A stretch of DNA of 64,000 nt from Nannocystis sp. (GTDB lineage: Bacteria; Myxococcota_A; Polyangia; Nannocystales; Nannocystaceae), in NCBI RefSeq assembly GCF_016714285.1, contig NZ_JADJNN010000012.1, positions 26,040-90,039 on the forward strand. Reading direction: 5' to 3'. The notes under the pieces were generated by a model. It was not told the DNA's origin. It did no database searches and was given only the letters and a program-made list of their open reading frames with translations. The number at the start of each line of letters is the position of its first letter. The stretch's first letter is position 1. The position numbers and the translations under genes are program-made. Positions 11,441 through 20,525 of the stretch are shown here, in pieces.

Positions 11441-12091
11441 ATGCGACTGATCGTCTTCGGCGCGTCCGGCCAGTGCGGCCGCATCCTCGTCGAGCTCGCC
11501 GCGGCCGCGGGCCATGAGGTCAGCGCGCAGGTCCGCGACGGCGCCGACTACACGCCGCCAGCCGGCGTCCGGGTGCTGCGCGGCGACCCGCTCGACGCCG
11601 CCTTCGTGGCCGCCGCGATCGTCGGCCACGATCACGTCGCCAGCGGCCTCGGCCTGCGCCGCAGCAACCCGGCGAACCCGTGGTCGCGGCTGGTCTCCCC
11701 GCCGGACTTCTGCTCGCGCAGCGCCGCCCACATCGTCGCTGGCATGCGGGCCGCCGGGGTCACGCGGGTCACGGCGATCAGCGCGGCCGGGGTGGGGGAC
11801 AGCGCCGCCCGCATGAATTGGCTGATGCGCTTCTTCGTGGCGACCAGCAACGTGGGCGTCGGCTACCGCGACCTCGCCGTGATGGAGCGGGTCTACGCCG
11901 CGAGCGGCCTCGACTGGCAGACGCCGCGCCCGACTCGCCTGACGGACGGCCCCGCCAGCGGCGCGGTGATCGAGACCGACGCCTTCCCGATCTCCGCCGC
12001 CATCGCCCGCGCCGACGTGGCCGCGTACATGCTTGCGCAGCTGCAGGCCCCGACCTTCGCCCGCCGCACGCCGACGATCACCCGCGGGTGA
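11441..12091 (+). CDS. NAD(P)H-binding oxidoreductase (NmrA/SDR-like)
   Basis: MRLIVFGASGQCGRILVEL matches the GxxGxxG N-terminus of the NAD(P)-binding family. ATG at 11441. Confidence 0.75.
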   Translation: MRLIVFGASGQCGRILVELAAAAGHEVSAQVRDGADYTPPAGVRVLRGDPLDAAFVAAAIVGHDHVASGLGLRRSNPANPWSRLVSPPDFCSRSAAHIVAGMRAAGVTRVTAISAAGVGDSAARMNWLMRFFVATSNVGVGYRDLAVMERVYAASGLDWQTPRPTRLTDGPASGAVIETDAFPISAAIARADVAAYMLAQLQAPTFARRTPTITRG

Positions 12092-12185
12092 GCTCGGCCC
12101 CAAGGCCACGAACTGGCCGACAACCACACGGTGATCGCCGACGATCACCGCGGGTGACCCCGGCCCCATTGCCGCCATCACGTTC

Positions 12186-14021
12186 ATGGGTCGCGTGGAC
12201 CCCTCGCCCGTCCTTGCCGCTACAAAGTCGCCAGGTCGCCAGGACCCCTCCACCCGGGCGACGTTTCGTGCGATAGCTGCAGGCGTGCGGGTCCCCCACG
12301 GTCCACCTTCCACGCTCGGCCCCGTCGCCGTTTGCTTGGCCCTCGTCGCCGCGTGCTACTCGGGCAGCCCGGCGGGCGACAGCGGCGACGAGCTCACCGC
12401 CGCGTCCGCGTCCAGCTCGGGCGACCCGCCGACCACCTCGGTCGGCGAATCCTCCGGAGGCTCCGCGGGCGACGACACCGGCGATCCCGTCAAGCCCTTC
12501 ATGCCCGGGCCCCCGGTGCTCCCGCGCCTGACGCAGCGGCAGTACCTCAACAGCATCGAGGCGCTGCTCGGCCCCGGCCTGCCGGTCCCGCTGCTCGAGC
12601 CCGACACCAACCCCTACCTGTTCTTCAACATCGGCGCCGCCAGCACGACCCTCTCCGAGCCCGGCGTGCAGCAGTACGAGGAGGCCGCCGACCTGTTCAC
12701 CGGCATCGTGTTCGCCGACGCGCCGCGGCGCGAGGCCCTGGTCGGCTGCCTGCCGGCCGCGCCGGGCGACGCCTGCGTGGCTGACTTCATCGCCCGCTTC
12801 GGTCGCCGCGCCTATCGTCGCCCGCTGTCCGTCGACGAGCAGGCGCGCTGGCTCGGCATGGCCAGCGAGCTGTCCGACGGCGACGCCTGGCAGGGCCTGC
12901 GCCACGCGGTCGCCGGCATGCTGCAGTCGCCGCACTTCCTCTACCGCGTCGAGCTCGGCGAGCCCGACCCGATCGATCCGACCCGCTTGCGCTACACCAG
13001 CCACGAGATGGCGAGTCGCCTGTCGTTCCTGCTGTGGAACAGCACCCCGGACGACGCGCTGCTCGACGCCGCCGACGCCGGCGACCTGCTCTCCGAGGTC
13101 GGTCTGCTCGCCGAGACCGATCGCCTGCTCGCCGACCCGCGCTCGCGCACCGCGATCCGCGACTTCTTCGCCCAGTTCCTCGACCTCGGCCGCCTCGACG
13201 GCATCACCCGCGACCCGACCCGCTACCCGCAGTTCTCGCCGACGATGATCGAGTCGATGCGCACCGAGGTCCGCCTGCTCGTCGAGGACCTCGTCTATCG
13301 CCAGCAGGGCGACATCCGCAGCATGTTCAGCACCCGCAACACCTTCGTGAACAGCGAGCTGGCTGCGCTCTACGGCGTCACCGCGGAGGGTGCCACGCCG
13401 GTCACCTTCGTCCCGGTCGAGCTGCCCGCGGACGGCCCGCGCGCGGGCCTATTGACGCTCGGCGCCTTCCTGACGATGAACGCCCACGAGACCGAGAACG
13501 CGCCGACCTCGCGCGGCAAGTACGTGCGCACGCGCGTGCTGTGTCAGGACGTGCCGCCGCCGCCGCCCGACGTCGACCTCAAGCTCGACCCCGAGGAGGC
13601 CGAGGGCAAGACCCTGCGCGAGCGCCTGGAGCAGCACCGCGCCGACCCGAGCTGCGCCGGCTGCCACTCCTTCGTCGACCCGCCCGGCTTCCTGTTCGAG
13701 CACTTCAACCCGATCGGCGCCTGGCAGGACCTCGACAACGGCTACCCGATCGACAGCTCCGGCGACCTCGACGGCAAGCCCCTGGCCGACGCGCGCGGCC
13801 TCGCCGACCTGCTCGCCGACGACAAGCGCGTCGGCCGTTGCATCGTCACCCAGCTGTACCGCCACGCGATCGGCCGCCGCGACGTCGCCTCCGAGTGGCC
13901 CGCCCTCGACGAGGTCGCCGACGACTTCGGCGCGGCCGGCCACCGCTTCACCGAGCTGCTGCAGATCCTCGTGATCAGCGACCTGTTTCGCACCGTCGCC
14001 GAGGAGGAGATCGACCCATGA
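12186..14021 (+). CDS. DUF1592/DUF1588-family protein with CxxCH motif (start uncertain; GTG at 12285 gives a lipoprotein signal)
   Basis: CAGCHSFVDPPGFLFEHF and the DUF1595/1592/1588 architecture common in Planctomycetes and Myxobacteria. Stop overlaps the next gene's start (ATGA). Confidence 0.75.
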   Translation: MGRVDPSPVLAATKSPGRQDPSTRATFRAIAAGVRVPHGPPSTLGPVAVCLALVAACYSGSPAGDSGDELTAASASSSGDPPTTSVGESSGGSAGDDTGDPVKPFMPGPPVLPRLTQRQYLNSIEALLGPGLPVPLLEPDTNPYLFFNIGAASTTLSEPGVQQYEEAADLFTGIVFADAPRREALVGCLPAAPGDACVADFIARFGRRAYRRPLSVDEQARWLGMASELSDGDAWQGLRHAVAGMLQSPHFLYRVELGEPDPIDPTRLRYTSHEMASRLSFLLWNSTPDDALLDAADAGDLLSEVGLLAETDRLLADPRSRTAIRDFFAQFLDLGRLDGITRDPTRYPQFSPTMIESMRTEVRLLVEDLVYRQQGDIRSMFSTRNTFVNSELAALYGVTAEGATPVTFVPVELPADGPRAGLLTLGAFLTMNAHETENAPTSRGKYVRTRVLCQDVPPPPPDVDLKLDPEEAEGKTLRERLEQHRADPSCAGCHSFVDPPGFLFEHFNPIGAWQDLDNGYPIDSSGDLDGKPLADARGLADLLADDKRVGRCIVTQLYRHAIGRRDVASEWPALDEVADDFGAAGHRFTELLQILVISDLFRTVAEEEIDP

Positions 14022-15391
14022 CCCCGCGCAAGCCCCTCGCACGACGCACCTTCCTCCGCGGCGCCCTCGCTGGCGGCGCGCTCGTCTCGCTCGGCGTGCC
14101 GCTGCTCGACGCGATGCTGCCGACCCGCCCGGCCCGCGCCGACGCGCCCAAGGTCCTGCCGATCTTCGGCATCTTCTACTGGGCCAACGGCATGCCCTGG
14201 CACGCCGGCCACGGCGAGACCCAGGGCCAGGGCGGCTACCCTGATCTCTGGACCCCCGCCGCCACCGGCCCCGCGTACGCCCCGAGCCCGCTGCTCACCC
14301 CGCTCGCCGCGCATCAGGTCAGCGTCGTCACCGGCCTCGAGCCCAAGACCGTGATCCCCGACGTGCCGGGGGGCCAGGGCGACGGCCACATGCGCGGCTG
14401 GCACGTGGCCATGACCGGCGCCCCGATGCGCTCCGAGGGCTTCGACCAGCCCTCGCACACCATGACCGTGCTGCAGCCGACCCTCGATCAGGTGGTCGCC
14501 ACCAACGAGCAGTTCTACGGCAAGACCCCGCCGCGCTTCCGCTCGCTGCAGGTCGGCGTCAGCGAGGCCCGCTTCCACGACTTCGGCCACTGGAACGCCA
14601 TCTCGTACACCGGCCCCGACGCGCCGATCGCCCCGGTCATGAGCACCGCGCAGCTCCACGGCCTGCTGTTCAACGTCCCCGGCGACCTCGTGAGCCTGGG
14701 TCGGCGCGCTCGCCTGCTCGACGCCGTGCTCGACGACGCCGAGAGCCTGCGCGTGCGCCTCGGCGCGACGGACCGCCAGCGCCTCGAGGCCCACCTCGAC
14801 TCGCTCAGCGAGATCCAGCGGCGCCTGCAGCTGACCTCGGGCACCTGCGACATGGTCCCGCCGGTGCCCGAGGAGTCGGGCGACCTCCTGGTCAAGACCG
14901 AGATCATGGGCCAGATCCTCGCGGTCGCGCTGCAGTGCGACCTGACCCGCGTGTTCTCCTTCATGCTCACCTCGCCGGCGACCACCCATGTGTTCGCCAA
15001 CCTCGGGGTCGCCAACGACATGCACAAGACCTGTCACGACGGCGCGTGGGAGCAGGTGCGGGCGATCACCGATTATCAGATGCAGGCCTTCGCCCGCCTC
15101 CTCGACAAGCTCGCGGTCAAGGACGCGATGGACATGAGCCTGCTGGACCGCGCGCTCGTGTTCGGCACCTCGGAGTACGGCGAGGGCTACCAGCACAGCG
15201 ACCGCGAGATGGCCGTCATCTTCGCCGGTAAGGCGGGTGGCAAGCTGATCCCCAACGTGCATGTGCGTGAGCCCGAGGGCAACTTCAGCAAGGCTCACGT
15301 GACCATGCTGCGGGCGATCGGCATCGACACCCCGAGCTTCGGCTTCAACGGCGGCGAGACCAGCGACCAGTTCTCGGAGCTGCTCGCGTAG
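14018..15391 (+). CDS. DUF1552-family protein with twin-arginine signal
   Basis: MTPRKPLARRTFLRGALAGGALVSLGVPLLDA (Tat motif RRTFLRG). Canonical partner of DUF1592. Confidence 0.8.
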   Translation: MTPRKPLARRTFLRGALAGGALVSLGVPLLDAMLPTRPARADAPKVLPIFGIFYWANGMPWHAGHGETQGQGGYPDLWTPAATGPAYAPSPLLTPLAAHQVSVVTGLEPKTVIPDVPGGQGDGHMRGWHVAMTGAPMRSEGFDQPSHTMTVLQPTLDQVVATNEQFYGKTPPRFRSLQVGVSEARFHDFGHWNAISYTGPDAPIAPVMSTAQLHGLLFNVPGDLVSLGRRARLLDAVLDDAESLRVRLGATDRQRLEAHLDSLSEIQRRLQLTSGTCDMVPPVPEESGDLLVKTEIMGQILAVALQCDLTRVFSFMLTSPATTHVFANLGVANDMHKTCHDGAWEQVRAITDYQMQAFARLLDKLAVKDAMDMSLLDRALVFGTSEYGEGYQHSDREMAVIFAGKAGGKLIPNVHVREPEGNFSKAHVTMLRAIGIDTPSFGFNGGETSDQFSELLA

Positions 15392-15400
15392 GCCCGAACG

Positions 15401-16318
15401 ATGACAGTCGCGCCCTCCCACGGCATCGCGGCGTTCGCCCTGATCGTGTGCGCCTGCTCCGGCGACGGCAACGGCGACGGCGACGATCCCAGCACGAGCG
15501 GATCGAGCAGCAGCTCGACCGGCGCAGTGACCACCAGCGACGGTTCCAGCAGCGGCGAGGCGAGCAGCGGCGACGCGAGCAGCAGCAGCGGTATCCCCGA
15601 GCTGCCGCCGCCGGAGTGCGGCCCGCTCAGCGTGTGCGGTCAGCTCTGCGTCGACCTCAGCGTCGACCCCGGCAATTGTGGCAAGTGCGGGGTGAGCTGC
15701 GTGATCCCCCACGCGAGCCCGGCGTGCAGCGGCAACGCCTGCGCGATCGCCAGCTGCGACCCCGGCTGGACCGACTGCGACGGCGACCCGCAGAACGGCT
15801 GCGAGCTGCTCGGCCCCGGCGAGAACTGCACGCCGGTGTGCAAGCAGGGCCAGCCCGAGGCCTGCAACCTGCTCGACGACAACTGCGACGGCCAGTGCGA
15901 CGAGGGAGCCGTGCCCGGCTGCCGCCAACCGGTCCATCGCGCCAGCAGCCCGACCCTCGGCCACTTCTACACGCTCGACCAGGCCGAGGCCGCATCCGGC
16001 GACTTCAAGCCCGAGTTCCTCAACTACTTCTACATGCACGTCGCCGCGGCGCCGGGCCTGGTGCCGCTGTACCGCTGCCTCAAGGGCGACAACCGCCGCT
16101 TCTACACCACGAGCGACACCTGCGAGGGTGCAGGCCCGGTCGAGGGCACGCTCGGCTATCTCGGCACCGAGGCCTTCTGCGGGGCAGTGCCGCTGTACCG
16201 GCTCTACGGGAAGGCCGACCATTTCTACACGACCAGCGTCGAGGAGCGCGACAACGCGGTGGCGATGTACGGCTATCTGTTCGAGTCGCAGGTCGGCTTC
16301 GTGTGGCCAGGACCGTGA
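15401..16318 (+). CDS. Cys-rich secreted lipoprotein with C-terminal (R/H)FYTTS repeats
   Basis: Signal IAAFALIVCAC. EGF-like Cys spacing. Repeated xFYTTS motifs. Confidence 0.65.
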   Translation: MTVAPSHGIAAFALIVCACSGDGNGDGDDPSTSGSSSSSTGAVTTSDGSSSGEASSGDASSSSGIPELPPPECGPLSVCGQLCVDLSVDPGNCGKCGVSCVIPHASPACSGNACAIASCDPGWTDCDGDPQNGCELLGPGENCTPVCKQGQPEACNLLDDNCDGQCDEGAVPGCRQPVHRASSPTLGHFYTLDQAEAASGDFKPEFLNYFYMHVAAAPGLVPLYRCLKGDNRRFYTTSDTCEGAGPVEGTLGYLGTEAFCGAVPLYRLYGKADHFYTTSVEERDNAVAMYGYLFESQVGFVWPGP

Positions 16319-16345
16319 GCAGGTCGCGCGGGCCGGATCGAGCGA

Positions 16346-16627
16346 TCAGCGCAGACACTCGTGGCTGATCTGCTCGCTCGAACCGGCCCGCGCGACGCAC
16401 TCGCGGGCCCCGGCCGGCAAGCGCACGCCCTCGCAGCGCGTCATCTCGGCGGCGTAGCGCTGGGCGAAGGCCTCCTGCTTGCGCCGCGTGAGCGCGGGGT
16501 CGCGATAACCCTGCTCGGCGAGCTCGAGCGCGACGATGCGATCGAGGATCTCCCGGCAATCGGCGGCCGTGGCCGGCTCGCCGCGGCACGCGGCGAACAG
16601 GAGCAGTGGGGCGAGGAGGCGGCGCAT
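16346..16627 (-). CDS. small secreted/lipoprotein (94 aa, 4 Cys), 5 bp downstream of the HNH gene
   Basis: ATG at 16627. MRRLLAPLLLFAACRGEP signal. Confidence 0.5.
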   Translation of the reverse strand: MRRLLAPLLLFAACRGEPATAADCREILDRIVALELAEQGYRDPALTRRKQEAFAQRYAAEMTRCEGVRLPAGARECVARAGSSEQISHECLR

Positions 16628-16632
16628 GGCGG

Positions 16633-17274
16633 TCAATCGAAGAGGTGATCGAGGCCCGCGCCGAGCCGGCCGCGGACCAGCGCAGTGAACGGGGCGCGGC
16701 GCGAGAAGTCGAGGCGCAGCGGCTCCTCCCACGCGGCACGGACCGGCCCGCGCGTCGCGCTGCCATGGGCGCGAAACTCGAGCACTCGTTCGAGGATCTC
16801 GTCGATCCGCTGGTTGATCGCCGCGCGGAGCTCGGCCGCCTTCACCGACTTACCGTTGTGCAGATAATGGAGCTCCCGGGCGGTGGCCACGGCGAGCGCG
16901 TCTGTGGCGTCGATGGCCGCGAACCGTGGGGCTTCGGAGTTGTCGCGAGCGTCGGCCTGGGTGGTCTGAGCGAGCCGCGCCTCGACATCGTCGCAGGTCG
17001 GATCGAGGAGGCCTTCTGGCGGAAACGCCGGCCGCCGCTCGTTGCAGTCGCGGCAGCTCGGGAACAGATTGGTCCATGCGTATGTGAGATCGGGGAATCG
17101 GGCCTTGGGCCGGCGATGGTCCACCGAATGTTCACGCACCGAGAGCCGAATCTCGCAGAGGTAGCACTTGCCCAGGAAGTCGCGCAGGAGCGTGTCAACG
17201 ACGTCTGGCGCGTTGTACTTCGTGCCCGCCGCGAGGCTCTGCGGCGCCTCGGTCGAGCGACGCGCGTTGATCAT
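16633..17274 (-). CDS. HNH endonuclease (PtuB-like)
   Basis: CYLCE...HSVDHRRPK...WTNLFPSCRDCN is an HNH motif with a CxxC zinc finger. The ATG overlaps the upstream ATPase stop codon as ATGA. Confidence 0.8.
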   Translation of the reverse strand: MINARRSTEAPQSLAAGTKYNAPDVVDTLLRDFLGKCYLCEIRLSVREHSVDHRRPKARFPDLTYAWTNLFPSCRDCNERRPAFPPEGLLDPTCDDVEARLAQTTQADARDNSEAPRFAAIDATDALAVATARELHYLHNGKSVKAAELRAAINQRIDEILERVLEFRAHGSATRGPVRAAWEEPLRLDFSRRAPFTALVRGRLGAGLDHLFD

Positions 17275-18377
17275 GACGCACCTGCGAGGGCCCGCACCGG
17301 GCTGGGGTTTTGGATCTTCCACACCTCGAGCGCCAGGGTCCTGGAGCGCTCGCTGAGCGTGTCGCTCAGGGTTGTCATTTCCTGCTCCTCCGCGGCGCTC
17401 CGCGCCCGCCCGGCCAGCTCGCGCAGGCGCTGGAGCTTCGCGGTCGAGTCGAGGTCCATGTCGGCGGTGATACCGAAGTGGTGCGTCATCAGGGTGCCGT
17501 AGCGGACCCCCTGGAGGTCGGCACTGTCGGTGGCCTCGCGCTTGCCGAGATCGTACACGACGGCGTCGGGGATGCTGGCGATCACCGCGGGCGAGTGGGT
17601 CGCGACGATGAATTGAAAGGTGGGAAAGATATCGGTGAGGAAGGGCAGGATGAGCTCCTGCAGGCGAATGTGCAGGTGGGTCTCGATCTCGTCGATGAGG
17701 ACAATGCCAGCGAGCTGCTCCCGCTTGAACTCCTCGCGGTGGGCCTGCGACTGAAGGAGCAGCTCGAAGAAGATGCTGAGCGCCGCCGAATGGCCCTGGG
17801 CGAGCTGCGCGAAGGAGACCTCGCGACCGTCGCTGTAGCGCAGGCTCACCGTGAAGTTCTTGCGATCGAAGTGCAGGGCCAGCGCCGGATCCTCGAACAA
17901 ATGCGCCAGGTGTCCCTGCAGCTCCGCGAACCAAGCCTCGATCGCCGCGACCGCGGCCTGATCGCCGTCGTCGCGCGCCAACGACTGTTCGACCTTGCGA
18001 TTGACGAGATACTGCACCGTCTGCTGAGTGGCAGTGATCCGGCCGCGGAGAATGTTCATCCAGTCGATCTTGGAGGGACCCGAAACCTCCTCGATCCGCA
18101 GCAGTCGCTGGGCCTGAAAGAACGCCACGATCTGCCCGCGGCCACCGTCATGCGGCTGCTCGTCGAGGCCGACATGACACGGCGCACTCGGCTGCGCCGG
18201 CATGGTGAGCTTGGGGAGGGCAGCATGAATCAGCTCGAGCGCGCTGCTCTTGCCCGAGCCGTTCGGGCCCGTCAGGATCAGGTGGCGAAACTTCGTCCCG
18301 TCGCGTGGCGATAGATCGACATCCAGCCGCTCGATGCCGCGGAATTTGGCGATCGTGATCCTGCGAATGTAGCTCAT
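17271..18377 (-). CDS. ABC/AAA-type P-loop ATPase (AAA_15/AAA_21-like, PtuA/OLD-family-like)
   Basis: Typical N-terminus MSYIRRITIAKFRGIERLDVDL and Walker A GPNGSGKSS. Walker B IVLIDEIETHLH. C-terminal ...IVATHSPAV. Confidence 0.85.
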   Translation of the reverse strand: MSYIRRITIAKFRGIERLDVDLSPRDGTKFRHLILTGPNGSGKSSALELIHAALPKLTMPAQPSAPCHVGLDEQPHDGGRGQIVAFFQAQRLLRIEEVSGPSKIDWMNILRGRITATQQTVQYLVNRKVEQSLARDDGDQAAVAAIEAWFAELQGHLAHLFEDPALALHFDRKNFTVSLRYSDGREVSFAQLAQGHSAALSIFFELLLQSQAHREEFKREQLAGIVLIDEIETHLHIRLQELILPFLTDIFPTFQFIVATHSPAVIASIPDAVVYDLGKREATDSADLQGVRYGTLMTHHFGITADMDLDSTAKLQRLRELAGRARSAAEEQEMTTLSDTLSERSRTLALEVWKIQNPSPVRALAGAS

Positions 18378-18422
18378 CGCGTGGCCAGGATAGCGCTTCT
18401 CGGTGACGGGGTGAACGGCGCC

Positions 18423-19301
18423 TCAGCGGTAGAAGTGCAGCCGGATCGGCGGTGAGACGGCGCGGATCGGGCGGCCGTCGGGGTCCTTCGCCGGGGTGAA
18501 GCGCGTGCGGCGAGCGCAGCGGATCGCGGCGGCGGCGAAGCCGTCGCCCGGGTCCTGCACGACCGTGCTGGACTCGACGCTGCCGTCGGCGCGCACGGTG
18601 ACGCGGATCGTCGCGGTCTGCTCGTCGATCGGGAGCTCGCTCGCCTCGTCGGGCCAGGGACAGTTCCACTCGTCGGTCGGCAGCGACACCGGGGCGGCTC
18701 GGCTCGGCTTGTTCGGCGTCGGTGGCGGTGTCGGTGACTCGGCGGGCGGCGGGGCGCCGACCTGCTTCGTGGGCGTCGTGCCGGTGCCGCCGGGGCTGGT
18801 GGCTCCGCCGGCGTAGGCGCTGCCCTGGCCCTCGACGAAGACCTCGCCGGTGAGGTCGAGCGGGGCGCCAGGGGCCGACACGATCTTGCCGGCGCGGGCC
18901 GGGGCGGCGCCGACTTTGAGCCGCACGCGCGGCGCGGGCTCGCTGGGCGGCGGCGTCGCGGAGGGCGTGGTGTCGGGCGCCAGGGCCGGTGGAGCGGCGA
19001 CGGGTGATGGCTCCGGGGGCTTCGGCGGGGCGAGCTCGACGATCTCGACGCGCGTGAGCTCGTCGTGGATCCGCGAGGCCAGGTCGGCGCTCCAGGCCTC
19101 GAGGCTCGGCTGCATGCCGACGATCCACACGCCGAGGGCCAGGTGCGCGAGCCCGGCGATCAGCGCGGCCGGCAGGCGTCGACGCGGCGCGGCGCGGCCG
19201 GGGCCGAACACCAGGTCGACGATGCGCGGGCTGTCCGCGGGGACAGGTGCACCTGGCGCGGAGGACAGGTCCGCGGGGACAGGTGCCTCGCGCTCGCTCA
19301 C
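18423..19301 (-). CDS. tonB: energy transducer TonB
   Basis: N-terminal TM anchor, Pro-rich spacer and C-terminal TonB domain. Last gene of the exbB-exbD-tonB operon. Confidence 0.85.
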   Translation of the reverse strand: MSEREAPVPADLSSAPGAPVPADSPRIVDLVFGPGRAAPRRRLPAALIAGLAHLALGVWIVGMQPSLEAWSADLASRIHDELTRVEIVELAPPKPPEPSPVAAPPALAPDTTPSATPPPSEPAPRVRLKVGAAPARAGKIVSAPGAPLDLTGEVFVEGQGSAYAGGATSPGGTGTTPTKQVGAPPPAESPTPPPTPNKPSRAAPVSLPTDEWNCPWPDEASELPIDEQTATIRVTVRADGSVESSTVVQDPGDGFAAAAIRCARRTRFTPAKDPDGRPIRAVSPPIRLHFYR

Positions 19302-19756
19302 GGGGAGCCTCCGGCAGGCGGCGACGAGATCGCCGGGCCCAGGCGCGGGGTCGTCGGCTCCTCGGCGCCGAAGGCGACGCGGGTGAGGCCGGCCTGCTTG
19401 AGCGCGTCGAGGGTCTGGAGGACGCGGCGGTGGGGCACGCCGCCGTCGGCGTGGATGACGGCGCGCAGCTCGGGGTCGCGGGCGCGGGCCTCGGCGGCGA
19501 GGCGGGTGAGCTCGGCGGGGGTGGGCGCGGGCTCGCCGTCGACGAGGGTGACGCCGCGCTCGGGCACCACCACGGAGAACACGACCTGGACCTGCTCGAC
19601 CTGGCTGGCCTCGGGGAGGTCCATCGGCACCGCGGGGGTGACGATGATCTTGGCGGTGACGATGAAGATGATCAGCAGCACCAGCATGATGTCGACCATC
19701 GGCGTGACGTTGATGCCGACGATCAGGCCGTCGCCCTGGGGCTGCTGGCTAGCCAC
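19298..19756 (-). CDS. exbD: biopolymer transport protein ExbD/TolR
   Basis: VTPMVDIMLVLLIIFIV ExbD signature. 4 nt overlap with tonB. Confidence 0.85.
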   Translation of the reverse strand: MASQQPQGDGLIVGINVTPMVDIMLVLLIIFIVTAKIIVTPAVPMDLPEASQVEQVQVVFSVVVPERGVTLVDGEPAPTPAELTRLAAEARARDPELRAVIHADGGVPHRRVLQTLDALKQAGLTRVAFGAEEPTTPRLGPAISSPPAGGSP

Positions 19757-20444
19757 GCGGCCCTCCCGGGGCGTTCTTCGTGGCTGTCTCCGAGGACAGG
19801 TAGGCGAGGACCAGGCTGGACAGCACCTCGGAGCTGGCGCACAGGCCGGCGATGCGGCGCTGGAAGTAGTTGTAGGCGGCGACCGCGGGGAGGGCGACCA
19901 GCAGGCCGACGGCGGTGGCGACCAGGGCCTCGGCGATGCTCGACATGACCGCCTGCGAGGCGACCTGCGAGGCCGCGCCGGTGCCAGCGCCGTGGCCCGG
20001 GCTGGCGTGGCCGAGCTCCTCGAACGCGGCGACCACGCCGATCACGGTGCCGAGCAGGCCGACGAAGGGGGCGTTGTTGCCGACGGTGCCGAGGAAGGCG
20101 AGGCCGCGCTCGAGGCGGCCGCGCTCGAGCGCGAGGGCGCTGTGCATCGCGTGCTCGACCGCCGCGGGGCCGCGCGGGGCGAGGCGCAGGCCGGCGGCGG
20201 CGACGTCGGCGGCGAGGCTGTCGGCGGCGCGCAGCTCGGTGATCGCGGTGGCGTGGTCGCCGCGGGCGAGGTGGGCGTCGAGGCGGATCGCCAGGGCCTG
20301 GAGGTCGCCGCCGCGGCGGCGCAGGACCAGCGCGCGCTCGATCGTCAGGCCGACGCTGACCAGCGAGAGCAGGCCGAGCAGGCCGAGGACCCAGCCGGCG
20401 CCGAGGCGGAGGAGCAGCTGTTGCAGGGCGTCGACGACGTGCAT
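19749..20444 (-). CDS. exbB: MotA/TolQ/ExbB proton channel
   Basis: Three TM helices and the conserved GLLGTVIG motif. Confidence 0.85.
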   Translation of the reverse strand: MHVVDALQQLLLRLGAGWVLGLLGLLSLVSVGLTIERALVLRRRGGDLQALAIRLDAHLARGDHATAITELRAADSLAADVAAAGLRLAPRGPAAVEHAMHSALALERGRLERGLAFLGTVGNNAPFVGLLGTVIGVVAAFEELGHASPGHGAGTGAASQVASQAVMSSIAEALVATAVGLLVALPAVAAYNYFQRRIAGLCASSEVLSSLVLAYLSSETATKNAPGGPRG

Positions 20445-20525
20445 GGCGCTACAGGGTCAGCCTTTCTTACGGGTCTCGCTGCGCTCGACGGTGTTGCAGG
20501 GCGTCGACGACGTGCATGGCGCTAC
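20416..20525. repeat. about 38 bp direct duplication spanning the upstream lipoprotein stop codon and the exbB start (period 75 bp)
   Basis: gttgcagggcgtcgacgacgtgcatggcgctacaggg occurs at 20417-20453 and 20488-20524. Confidence 0.8.
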
